This document shows, piece by piece, positions 18,426-27,355 of a stretch of 64,000 nt of DNA. Location: contig NVXE01000001.1 in assembly GCA_002746975.1 (NCBI GenBank), forward strand, positions 44,013 to 108,012, read 5' to 3'. The notes under the pieces were generated by a model. The model worked only from the letters and a program-made list of their open reading frames with translations, searched no databases and was not told where the DNA came from. How positions within the stretch are numbered: position 1 is the first letter of the stretch; every line of letters begins with the position of its first letter. The translations under genes and the position numbers were made by a program. Source of the stretch: Bacteroidota bacterium. Lineage in GTDB: Bacteria; Bacteroidota; Bacteroidia; Flavobacteriales_D; Sanyastnellaceae.

Positions 18426-20939
18426 CTAATTCTCCCAGTGTTCAGGCATTTTTTGTTCGCGCATTGGAACAAATACTAAGTTATCATCCCTGTCATCAGA
18501 ATTTACAAAATGACTGAAACGTTTTTTCGATTCTTCGTTTTCAATTGCCTGTTTCCATTCACATTCATAAGCATCAACCAAGAACTGCATTTCTTTTTCC
18601 AGTTCTTCAGCAATATTTAGACTATCATCTAGTACTACTTTTTTAAGTTGCTCTATTCCACCCTCCAATTTATCTAACCAGGCAGCGGTACGCATTAAAG
18701 GTGCAGCGGTGCGTATATAATACATTAAGAAACGATCTAAATATTTTATACAGGTTTCATTATCCACTTTTTCAGCAAGCAAAATGGCATGTTTAGGGGT
18801 TACCCCACCATTTCCGCACACATATAAGTTCCACCCACCTTCAACAGCTATAACTCCAAAATCTTTTCCACGGGCTTCTGCACATTCACGAATACAACCA
18901 GAAACACCACCTTTTAATTTGTGTGGCGAACGCAGTCCTTTATATCGATCCTCCAATTCAATAGCAAAACTTACACTTTCATCTAATCCAAAGCGACACC
19001 AGGTAGAACCAACACAACTTTTTACAGTACGAAGTGATTTCCCATAGGCATGACCACTTTCAAAACCAGCATCAATCAATTGTTTCCAAATTGCTGGCAA
19101 ATCATTTAATTCTGCACCAAACAAATCAATACGTTGCCCTCCTGTGATTTTAGTGTATAGATTGTATTTCTTTCCGACTTCACCAATAACAATCAGCTTC
19201 TCAGGAGTAATTTCTCCTCCAGGAATTCTTGGAACTACTGAATACGTTCCATTTCGTTGAATGTTAGCCAAGAATTTATCATTAGAATCCTGAATAACAT
19301 CTTCTTTATTAGCGGTATCATTATACAAACTAGCAAAAATTGAAGCCACTAGAGGCTTACAAACCTCACATCCATCACCGGTTCCACAAGCATCCATCAC
19401 CTCAAAGTAAGAAGTTAACCTCTTCACTTTTATGATGCCATATAATTCCTGACGCGTATAATCTAAATGCTCACAAATATTATTTTTGACTTCTTTACCA
19501 AGTAATTTTAAAGTCTCATTGACCAAGTCCACTACCATTGGTTTACACCCTCCACAGCTTGTACTTGCTTTGGTGCACGAAACCACATCAGCAAAAGTAT
19601 CACAATCTCCATCTGTAATGGCGCCACATATTTGGCCCTTGCTAACGTTTTCACAAGAACAAATTTGCGCCTCATCAGGCAAGTCCAAGGCACTTCCAAA
19701 GGACGAGCCTCCTTCACTTGCTGGCAGTATTAATTGAGCTGGATCTTCAGGAATAGCCATGCCATTCAAATAGATTTGATGTAACATGCTATAATCTGAA
19801 GCGTCGCCAACTAATATCCCTCCAAGCAATTTTTTACCATCAAGGCTTACGTTGATTCTTTTATATAAATACTGTGTTTTGTTTTCAAAAATTATGGAAT
19901 GCCCTTTTAAAGCTGGCATAAAGGGTTCACCAAAACTGGCCACATCTACTCCAATTAATTTCAATTTGGTAGACATATCTATTTCCGCACTCATTAGGGT
20001 GTCATTCCCTAAAATTTGTTCTGCAGCAACATCAGCCATTTCATACCCTGGAGCAACTAAACCATAAATCATTTGGTTGTACAAAGCTACTTCTCCTATT
20101 GCATATATATTGGCATCAGAAGTTAGCATTTTGTTGTTCACAATAATACCACCACGCACACCCATTTCTAAATCACAGGTTTTTCCTAATTCATCTCTTG
20201 GCCTAATTCCGGCTGAAATCACTAACATTTCCACATCCAGAACATCATCTTCGCCAAATTCCATTCCAGTTATGGTGGTATCGCCTAAAATTTGATTTGT
20301 GGCTTTACTCAAATGAATGTTCAACCCAATTGACTCTAGTTTTAATTGCAATACCTGACTACTTCTTGAGTCTAACTGTCTTGGCATTAATTTAGGAGCA
20401 AATTCAACAATATGTGGCTCTAAACCCATATCCATGACTGCTTTTCCTGCTTCTAACCCTAATAATCCTCCACCCAAAACAGCAGCCTTTGCCTTTGGGT
20501 TATTTTTTTTGATTTTAGCCGCATACCCTAACATGCCTTCTAAATCCTCTATGGTTCTATATACAAATACACCTTCCTTCTCGACTCCTTTTATAGGTGG
20601 AACAAAAGCTGATGAACCTGTGGCCAATACTAAATAATCATATGAGAATTCAGCATCTTTAACTGTAGTAATTGTCTTCTTGGTCTTATGGATATCAGTA
20701 ATACGCTCATTGGTAATCAATTCTATATTATGTTCCGCATACCAACTAGCAGGGGCAAGTTCCAATGCTTTTGCATCCTGACTCTCAAAGAACGCACTCA
20801 AATGCACACGGTCATAAGCGGGTCTTGGTTCTTCCCCAAAAACAATTAGTTTATAATTCTCACTTCCTGCTTTGGCTACAAATTTTTCGCAAAACTTATA
20901 ACCAACCATTCCATTCCCAACAACTATTACAGTTTTCAT
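18426..20939 (-). CDS. nirB: Nitrite reductase [NAD(P)H] large subunit NirB
   Basis: 837 aa with FAD/NAD Rossmann motifs (VVGNGMVG, VLGGGLLGLE), BFD-like 2Fe-2S motifs (CSCENV..., CGGCKP) and a siroheme/4Fe-4S NIR_SIR domain (CVGSTWCRFG, SGCIRECAEA). Confidence 0.95.
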   Translation of the reverse strand: MKTVIVVGNGMVGYKFCEKFVAKAGSENYKLIVFGEEPRPAYDRVHLSAFFESQDAKALELAPASWYAEHNIELITNERITDIHKTKKTITTVKDAEFSYDYLVLATGSSAFVPPIKGVEKEGVFVYRTIEDLEGMLGYAAKIKKNNPKAKAAVLGGGLLGLEAGKAVMDMGLEPHIVEFAPKLMPRQLDSRSSQVLQLKLESIGLNIHLSKATNQILGDTTITGMEFGEDDVLDVEMLVISAGIRPRDELGKTCDLEMGVRGGIIVNNKMLTSDANIYAIGEVALYNQMIYGLVAPGYEMADVAAEQILGNDTLMSAEIDMSTKLKLIGVDVASFGEPFMPALKGHSIIFENKTQYLYKRINVSLDGKKLLGGILVGDASDYSMLHQIYLNGMAIPEDPAQLILPASEGGSSFGSALDLPDEAQICSCENVSKGQICGAITDGDCDTFADVVSCTKASTSCGGCKPMVVDLVNETLKLLGKEVKNNICEHLDYTRQELYGIIKVKRLTSYFEVMDACGTGDGCEVCKPLVASIFASLYNDTANKEDVIQDSNDKFLANIQRNGTYSVVPRIPGGEITPEKLIVIGEVGKKYNLYTKITGGQRIDLFGAELNDLPAIWKQLIDAGFESGHAYGKSLRTVKSCVGSTWCRFGLDESVSFAIELEDRYKGLRSPHKLKGGVSGCIRECAEARGKDFGVIAVEGGWNLYVCGNGGVTPKHAILLAEKVDNETCIKYLDRFLMYYIRTAAPLMRTAAWLDKLEGGIEQLKKVVLDDSLNIAEELEKEMQFLVDAYECEWKQAIENEESKKRFSHFVNSDDRDDNLVFVPMREQKMPEHWEN

Positions 20940-20962
20940 ACTTAGGTGTTTAAAATCAGAAA

Positions 20963-20970
20963 CAAAATTA
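20963..20970 (-). promoter_or_regulatory. Candidate Bacteroidota -7 promoter box (TAATTTTG) for the nirB operon
   Basis: The minus strand reads TAATTTTG, matching the TAnnTTTG consensus. It lies about 24 nt upstream of the nirB ATG and overlaps the end of the 7-2-7 element. Confidence 0.35.
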
Positions 20971-20984
20971 CGTATTATTACGTA
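20969..20984. promoter_or_regulatory. 7-2-7 inverted heptamer element TACGTAT-TA-TTACGTA (candidate NarL-type regulator site, nirB promoter)
   Basis: Read directly from the sequence. One mismatch from a perfect palindrome. Lies 30 bp upstream of the nirB ATG. Confidence 0.5.
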
Positions 20985-21274
20985 TTTTACATCTGCTTAT
21001 ATCAAAATAATCAGGCATAGGAATTATGAAATGCGCAAAAGATTGCTGCTATTTTACAGATAATGATATTTGCCGCAAAACCAGCAGAGCCATTAGTTAA
21101 TCATTCATCCCGTATAGCATGCGTTTAAACAGTATTCATAAAAAATTATCGCAAAAAATACATTGCTAATTCTCAAAAAAAAGACATTACTTTTTAAAAA
21201 ATATGCATTTTAACATCCCTTAATTTTCGTACTACACAAAAACTGTAATGCCGTGAATTTTTTGCTATAATATT

Positions 21275-21290
21275 TACGTATTAATACGTA
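21275..21290. promoter_or_regulatory. 7-2-7 element TACGTAT-TA-ATACGTA (perfect 16-bp palindrome, transporter promoter)
   Basis: Read directly from the sequence. Lies 24 bp upstream of the transporter ATG and abuts TAGTTTAG, a near -7 box. Confidence 0.5.
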
Positions 21291-21313
21291 GTTTAGCGTT
21301 GTAAATATTAAAT

Positions 21314-22831
21314 ATGACTTCATTAGATACAAAAAAAGCCAACAAAGCGCTGTTCCTAAACACATTTGCCTTTACCATTTGTTTTGCCGTATGGCTTTTG
21401 AATGGGGTATTGGTTACTTTTTTGGTCGATAATCAAGTTTATGACTGGACCTCAATACAAGTTGGTTGGCTTATTGGCATTCCAGTTCTAACCGGTGCAA
21501 TTTTTAGATTGCCTATAGGCATTTTAACGGACAAGTATGGAGGAAAACCGATCTACACAGGCCTGCTTATACTTTGTACCATTCCATTATATTTACTATC
21601 CTATGCAAATGATTTTTGGAGTTTTGCATTATGCAGCTTAGGATTTGGTTTGGCAGGCACAAGCTTTGCTGTTGGGATTGCCTATACCTCTATCTGGTTT
21701 CCTAAAAAGAAACAAGGTCTAGCCTTAGGGATTTTTGGCGCAGGTAATGCTGGGGCAGCAATCACCACAATGATTGGACCCAAATTATTATTTTATTTAA
21801 CAGATGGAAAAACCAATTTAGATGGATGGCGCACCATGCCAAAGATATATGCCGCAGCACTCGTGATTACAGCATTAATCTTTTTCCTTTTAACTGAAAA
21901 CAAAAAACCCGCAACAAGTTCTAAAACTTTAAAAAGCATGCTACAACCTTTAAAAAGTGTACGTGTTTGGCGTTTTGGTTTGTATTACTTTTTAGTATTT
22001 GGATGCTTTGTCTCCTTTGCTGGGTGGTTGGTACCTTATTACACCAATGTATACAAACTAGATTTGGCAACTGCCGGATTATTGGTTTCTGCATTCAGTT
22101 TACCGTCTGCCATAACTAGGGCGTTTGGTGGGTGGCTTTCAGACAGACAAGGAGCGCGAAAAGTGATGTATTGGGTCCTGGGTTCATCAGTAGCGTTGAG
22201 CATATTGTTATTCATTCCAAAAATGGACATTTTCACGACCGGAAAGGGCATCAATGCAAAACAAGCAGGTATTGTAACAGAAGTAACAGACACCTATGTA
22301 AAAGTTGATAACACAAAATACGAGCTTGCTATAAAAAGCAATCATCTTGAAAATGCTGATAATGAATTTCATATTTTACCCGTAAAAGAAACTTGGCAAG
22401 AAGCCAAAGTACAAGTAGGAGATAACGTAATTAAAAAGCAGTTGATTGTTGAGGGGAAAACACATATTTACTTTCAGGCCAACCTATGGATTTTCGTAAC
22501 ATTGGTCATATTAATTGGTATCATATGGGGGTTTGGAATGGCAGCCGTATACAAGCATATTCCAGATTATTTTCCTGAAGAAGTAGGTGTAGTTGGAGGA
22601 ATAGTAGGTGTCCTTGGAGGCTTGGGCGGTTTTGTATGCCCCATACTGTTTGGCTACTTATTGGAAGGAACAGGAATGTGGTCTAGCAGCTGGATTCTAA
22701 TGTTTATCCTATCAGCTATATGCTTGATTTGGATGCATAGAGTCGTTCAAAAAATGATCAACCGAAAAGTTCCAGACCTAGGATTTGAAGAACTCGATAT
22801 AAACTTTAAAGCCAACAAAAAAATAACATGA
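21314..22831 (+). CDS. narK: MFS nitrate/nitrite transporter (NNP family, NarK/NrtP-like) with an ~88-aa insertion between TM9 and TM10
   Basis: Twelve predicted TM helices. NNP glycine-rich signatures occur in TM5 (GIFGAGNAGAA) and TM11 (GVLGGLGGF). A hydrophilic segment spans aa 303-390. Confidence 0.88.
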   Translation: MTSLDTKKANKALFLNTFAFTICFAVWLLNGVLVTFLVDNQVYDWTSIQVGWLIGIPVLTGAIFRLPIGILTDKYGGKPIYTGLLILCTIPLYLLSYANDFWSFALCSLGFGLAGTSFAVGIAYTSIWFPKKKQGLALGIFGAGNAGAAITTMIGPKLLFYLTDGKTNLDGWRTMPKIYAAALVITALIFFLLTENKKPATSSKTLKSMLQPLKSVRVWRFGLYYFLVFGCFVSFAGWLVPYYTNVYKLDLATAGLLVSAFSLPSAITRAFGGWLSDRQGARKVMYWVLGSSVALSILLFIPKMDIFTTGKGINAKQAGIVTEVTDTYVKVDNTKYELAIKSNHLENADNEFHILPVKETWQEAKVQVGDNVIKKQLIVEGKTHIYFQANLWIFVTLVILIGIIWGFGMAAVYKHIPDYFPEEVGVVGGIVGVLGGLGGFVCPILFGYLLEGTGMWSSSWILMFILSAICLIWMHRVVQKMINRKVPDLGFEELDINFKANKKIT

Positions 22832-22984
22832 AGAGGTAAAATATATGTGCCCCATAAAACATAAAACCTATGCGATAAATTTGAATTAAAGAATAGGAAA
22901 TAATTTTGCCTCGGTAAAGTCACTATTGCCAATTTTTTGGTTGTGGTGGCTTTTTAGTATTTTTAACCCTTAACTACAAGCATT

Positions 22985-23650
22985 TTGAACAAAACAAGTA
23001 TTGTACTGGCAGATGATCATTTTTTAGTGAGAGATGGCATTCGGGCTCTTTTGGAAGACGAAAACAATCTTGAGGTAATCGGTGAAGCTGCCAATGGAAT
23101 GGAGGCCGTGAAAATGGTTCAGAAACTACGTCCCGATCTTCTTATCATTGACATTAGAATGCCCGTAATGACAGGTATTGAGGCAGTTGAAGAATTAAAG
23201 AAAAATAATAATCCAGTGAAATGCATTATACTTTCCATGCACGATTCAGAGGAGTATATCCTAAAATCTGTACGCGCGGGTGCCAATGGTTATCTTTTAA
23301 AAGATACAGGTAAATTGGAGTTTTTGAAAGCCATCCATACCGTAGAAGAAGGGGGTAAATATTTTAGTGGAGACATCTCAAACGTCCTGGTCAACAACCT
23401 ATTAAAACCCAGTCCGAAAACTACAAATACAGCAGAAATCAAAAACGCTGACAACTACTTTGATTTGACTAACAAGGAATTAGAAATACTAGGATTAGTA
23501 CTTTCTGGACTTACCAATAAGCAAATTTCGGAGAAATTAGAAAAAAGCAAACGTACTATTGAAACCCATCGCTTTAATTTAATGCGCAAAATGGACGTAA
23601 AAAACTTGATTGACCTTTCCAAAAAGGCCCAAAAATTTAATCTGGTTTAA
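22985..23650 (+). CDS. Response regulator, NarL/FixJ (LuxR-type HTH) family
   Basis: REC domain (VLADDH..., DLLIIDIRMP, ILSMHD, K at LLKD) plus C-terminal LuxR HTH (LTNKELEILGLVLSGLTNKQISEKL). The only in-frame start is the TTG at 22985. Confidence 0.85.
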   Translation: MNKTSIVLADDHFLVRDGIRALLEDENNLEVIGEAANGMEAVKMVQKLRPDLLIIDIRMPVMTGIEAVEELKKNNNPVKCIILSMHDSEEYILKSVRAGANGYLLKDTGKLEFLKAIHTVEEGGKYFSGDISNVLVNNLLKPSPKTTNTAEIKNADNYFDLTNKELEILGLVLSGLTNKQISEKLEKSKRTIETHRFNLMRKMDVKNLIDLSKKAQKFNLV

Positions 23651-23745
23651 ATACCATTGAACGAGGGCATTCCCTAAAACATATTTAAAACTTCATTTTA
23701 GTAAGAAAACTACAATTATTAGCCCAATTATTATTAAATAAATAC

Positions 23746-23761
23746 TACGTATTTATACGTA
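23746..23761. promoter_or_regulatory. 7-2-7 element TACGTAT-TT-ATACGTA (nitrate reductase promoter)
   Basis: Read directly from the sequence. Lies 50 bp upstream of the nitrate reductase ATG, with TAATTTTA (a near -7 box) 6 nt downstream. Confidence 0.5.
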
Positions 23762-23811
23762 TTTTCATAATTTTACATGCAAACTAATCCTTTCTGAAAA
23801 GGAGCAGTATT

Positions 23812-26800
23812 ATGAAAAAAAACAATGTACATAAAACCACGTGTTCCTATTGCGGAGTAGGCTGTGGCATTCTTGTTGAGCAAGATTCAAAGGGAAATAT
23901 TTCTGTTGAGGGCGATAAGGATTATCCCGTAAACAAAGGAATGTTATGTTCAAAAGGAAAGACACTTAATTACGTAGCACAAGATACCAGTGACCGTATT
24001 CTGCATCCGGAAATGCGTTGGAGCAGAAATCATCCTATGCAGAGAGTTTCCTGGGACACTGCCCTAGAAAGAGCTGCTGGTGTTTTTAAAAGTATTATAA
24101 ACAAATACGGACCAGATAGTGTGGGTTTTTATGTCTCTGGACAATGTTTAACTGAAGAGTATTATATAGTAAATAAATTAACCAAAGGTTTTATTGGCAC
24201 CAACAACATAGACACCAATTCTAGATTGTGCATGAGTTCTGCCGTCGCAGGATACAAAAAGGCATTGGGCGAAGATTCTGTTCCAATTTCCTATGCAGAT
24301 ATAGAATTGGCAGACTGTTTTTTAATTGCAGGGGCAAATCCTGCCTGGTGCCATCCCATTCTTTTTAGAAGATTGGAGAAACATAAGGAAGAGAATCCAG
24401 ATGTTAAAATAATAGTGGTTGACCCTCGTAAAACACAAACTTGTGCTGCTGCTGACCTTCATCTTCAAATTTTACCAGGCACAGATGTACTCCTTTTCAA
24501 TGCTATCGCCAGGTTACTGATAGAAAAGAAAAAAATAGACAAAGACTTCATTAAAAAACATACTGTCAATTATGAAGCCTGTAAGGACAGTGCCTTTAAA
24601 ATTTCTGTAAGAGAAGCTGCAAAACAATGTGGAATTCCTGCAGATGACATTCGTAAAGCTGCACAATATATTGGAAGCGCAAAAGGTTTTATCAGCATGT
24701 GGACTATGGGCCTCAACCAAAGTGTCATAGGAGTTTCTAAAAATGTATCCTTGCTGAATTTATCATTGCTTACAGGCCAAATAGGAAAACCGGGAGCGGG
24801 ACCATTTTCTTTGACAGGACAACCCAACGCAATGGGAGGAAGAGAAGTTGGCGGCATGGCCAATTTATTAGCTGCTCATAGGGATTTAAACAATGCTAGC
24901 CATAGAAAAGAAGTAGCTGACTTCTGGGGCGGAAAAGAAATAAATGCCAAGCCTGGTTACACCGCAACAGAAATGTTCAACGCTTTAGATGAAGGGAAAC
25001 TAAAAGCCATTTGGATTATCTGTACCAACCCTGTTGTAAGCATGCCCAATGCTAACAAAATAGAAAGAGCACTTAAAAAAGCAAGCTTTGTAGTGGTTCA
25101 GGATATTTCCCATAATTCTGAGACGTCTAAATATGCCGATTTACTATTGCCTGCCGCCGGTTGGTTAGAAAAAGAAGGCACAATGACCAATTCGGAAAGG
25201 AGAATTAGTTATTTACCCAAAGTAATAAATGCTCCAGGGGAAGCCTTACCAGATGCAGAAATTCTATGGAAGTTTGCACAAAAAATGAATTTTACAGGTT
25301 TTAACTATAACAGCTCAAGTGAGGTATATGATGAGCACTGCCTCTTAACCAAGGGTACCAAAATAGATATTTCTGGGCTGTCTTATGATCGCTTAAAAAA
25401 TGAAGGTAGTTTTCAATGGCCTGTTCCCCATTCACTACACAAAGGAACTCCAAGACTTTTTGAGGACAATCAGTTTTATACCAATGACGCAAAGGCCCAT
25501 TTTAATGCGCCACAACAAACACATAACCAATCTGAACAAACATCCCCAGATTTCCCATTGATTTTAAATACAGGAAGAGTCAGAGATCAATGGCACACAC
25601 GTACTAAAACCGGCAAAGTAAAACGGCTACTAACCCATGTTTCTGAACCATACTTGGAAATGAACAAAGTGGATGCCTATATAAGAAAACTTCAGGAAGA
25701 TGATATTGTCATTATCAAAAGCCGTAGAGGAGAAGCTCAAGTGAAAGTGAAGATTAATTTTGACATTAGAGAAGGAGTGGTATTTATGCCTATGCACTGG
25801 GGCAAAATACTCAATAATGATTTTGGTCGTGCCAATAATATTACGAATGACCTCGTAGATCCTGTTTCTAAAGAACCTGATTTTAAATACTGTGCAGTAG
25901 CGGTAAAAAAATACGTAAAAGAAAAGCAAAAAGTTGTAATTATTGGTGCTGGAGCAGCTGCATACCGGTTTGTACAAAGTTATCGTGAAAAGAATGAAGT
26001 GGATGAACTTCATGTTTTTTCCAAAGAAAAAGATCCTTTTTACAACAGAGTCCTGTTACCAGAATATGTAAGTGAAGAACTTACCTGGGAGGCTCTGGAG
26101 AAATTTAAAAAAGGGGAAATAGAAAAACTTAGGCTTGACCTATATTCTGGAGTAGGTGTCATTGCTATGGATAGGGAACGCAAATGTGTTACCGACTCCA
26201 ATAATGTTGAACATTCTTATGACATCCTTATCATTGCCACTGGAAGTAGGGCTTTTATCCCCAGTGATGCGCAATTGCACTTACCAGGGCGTTTTACCAT
26301 GCGAGAACGTGGAGATGCGGATAAACTACGAACCTATCTTCAAGATACTGAGCTTCCTGTTGAAGAACAACATGTAGTCATTGTAGGAGGTGGTTTATTA
26401 GGATTAGAACTCGCAGCAGCATTGAAAAAACGAAATGTTAATATAAGTATTGTGCAACGTGCTCCAAGACTAATGGAACGCCAATTAGACCGCATTGCCA
26501 GTCGTTTACTTGGAGAAGATGTTGCCGAAAGAGACATAAAAGTATATTATGATAATGAGGTAAGTACCGTCTTTGAAGAAAAAGAAAATGCACATACCTT
26601 GTCCGTTACTTTGAAAACAGGTCGTACTATTACTTGTAATGCTATTGTATATGCTATTGGCACTCGCCCCAATATAGAGTTGGCCAAACAATCCAATATA
26701 GAAACAAGAAGAGGTGTGGTGGTTAATGCTTATTTACAGACCAGCGACCCATCCGTTTTTGCCTTAGGGGAAATTGCAGAATTCAATAATGCTTTATTCG

Positions 26801-27345
26801 GAATTACATCCGCCGCAGAACAGCAGGCAGATATTGCTGCAAAATATATCCTTGGAGATTACGGAAGCATCTATAAAGGTTCCGTTCTCATGAATATTTT
26901 AAAGTTTGAAGATTTAGAATTATGCAGCATAGGAATGGCAATTGCTCCAACGGGTGATGACAGCTATGAGGAAATTATTTTGATGGATGTGAACAAAAGG
27001 TACTATAAAAAATGTATCGTGAAGGATGACACTCTTGTTGGCGCTATTTTAATGGGAGACAAAAATGAGTTTGCGGAATTCAAGAGATTGATAGAAGATG
27101 AAATAGAGCTTTCTGAAAAAAGAAATGAACTGCTACGTGGCAACTCCAACTCCGTTCCCCTAAAAGGAAAATTAATATGTTCTTGTAGTCAGATTGGTGA
27201 AGGAAACATACAAGATGCAATACGTAATGGCTGTCATGATTTTAACAAGCTATGTTCTGAAACTGGAGCCGGGTTGGGCTGTGGCAGCTGTAAGCCAGAA
27301 GTAAAACAACTATTGGAACAACAATTACAGGGGGCTGTAGTTTAA
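23812..27345 (+). CDS. nasA: Assimilatory nitrate reductase, single-polypeptide fusion: 4Fe-4S/Mo-bisMGD catalytic module + FAD/NAD(P)H pyridine-nucleotide-disulfide reductase module + BFD-like 2Fe-2S
   Basis: 1177 aa. The N-terminus has CSYCGVGCG...C (4Fe-4S) and molybdopterin oxidoreductase blocks up to about aa 700. These are followed by VVIIGAGAAAY (FAD), VVIVGGGLLGLELA (NAD) and a C-terminal CSCSQ...CGSCKP motif. Confidence 0.9.
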   Translation: MKKNNVHKTTCSYCGVGCGILVEQDSKGNISVEGDKDYPVNKGMLCSKGKTLNYVAQDTSDRILHPEMRWSRNHPMQRVSWDTALERAAGVFKSIINKYGPDSVGFYVSGQCLTEEYYIVNKLTKGFIGTNNIDTNSRLCMSSAVAGYKKALGEDSVPISYADIELADCFLIAGANPAWCHPILFRRLEKHKEENPDVKIIVVDPRKTQTCAAADLHLQILPGTDVLLFNAIARLLIEKKKIDKDFIKKHTVNYEACKDSAFKISVREAAKQCGIPADDIRKAAQYIGSAKGFISMWTMGLNQSVIGVSKNVSLLNLSLLTGQIGKPGAGPFSLTGQPNAMGGREVGGMANLLAAHRDLNNASHRKEVADFWGGKEINAKPGYTATEMFNALDEGKLKAIWIICTNPVVSMPNANKIERALKKASFVVVQDISHNSETSKYADLLLPAAGWLEKEGTMTNSERRISYLPKVINAPGEALPDAEILWKFAQKMNFTGFNYNSSSEVYDEHCLLTKGTKIDISGLSYDRLKNEGSFQWPVPHSLHKGTPRLFEDNQFYTNDAKAHFNAPQQTHNQSEQTSPDFPLILNTGRVRDQWHTRTKTGKVKRLLTHVSEPYLEMNKVDAYIRKLQEDDIVIIKSRRGEAQVKVKINFDIREGVVFMPMHWGKILNNDFGRANNITNDLVDPVSKEPDFKYCAVAVKKYVKEKQKVVIIGAGAAAYRFVQSYREKNEVDELHVFSKEKDPFYNRVLLPEYVSEELTWEALEKFKKGEIEKLRLDLYSGVGVIAMDRERKCVTDSNNVEHSYDILIIATGSRAFIPSDAQLHLPGRFTMRERGDADKLRTYLQDTELPVEEQHVVIVGGGLLGLELAAALKKRNVNISIVQRAPRLMERQLDRIASRLLGEDVAERDIKVYYDNEVSTVFEEKENAHTLSVTLKTGRTITCNAIVYAIGTRPNIELAKQSNIETRRGVVVNAYLQTSDPSVFALGEIAEFNNALFGITSAAEQQADIAAKYILGDYGSIYKGSVLMNILKFEDLELCSIGMAIAPTGDDSYEEIILMDVNKRYYKKCIVKDDTLVGAILMGDKNEFAEFKRLIEDEIELSEKRNELLRGNSNSVPLKGKLICSCSQIGEGNIQDAIRNGCHDFNKLCSETGAGLGCGSCKPEVKQLLEQQLQGAVV

Positions 27346-27355
27346 AAATTTTGAA

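Noticed and set aside
21026-21100. A 24-codon Cys-rich small ORF (MKCAKDCCYFTDNDICRKTSRAIS) in the nirB/narK divergent region.
   Set aside because: ORFs this short are expected by chance in AT-rich DNA. It has no recognisable translation signal and no conservation data. It is worth a glance in ribosome-profiling data only.
20969-23761. An alternative reading of the TACGTA-N4-TACGTA elements as 5'-UTR RNA hairpins (ANTAR/NasR-type antitermination).
   Set aside because: TACGTA is self-complementary, so a 6-bp hairpin is possible. However, no ANTAR protein is encoded here, there is no tandem hexaloop pair and no downstream terminator. The exact 7-2-7 geometry plus a NarL-type regulator in the cluster favours a DNA operator.
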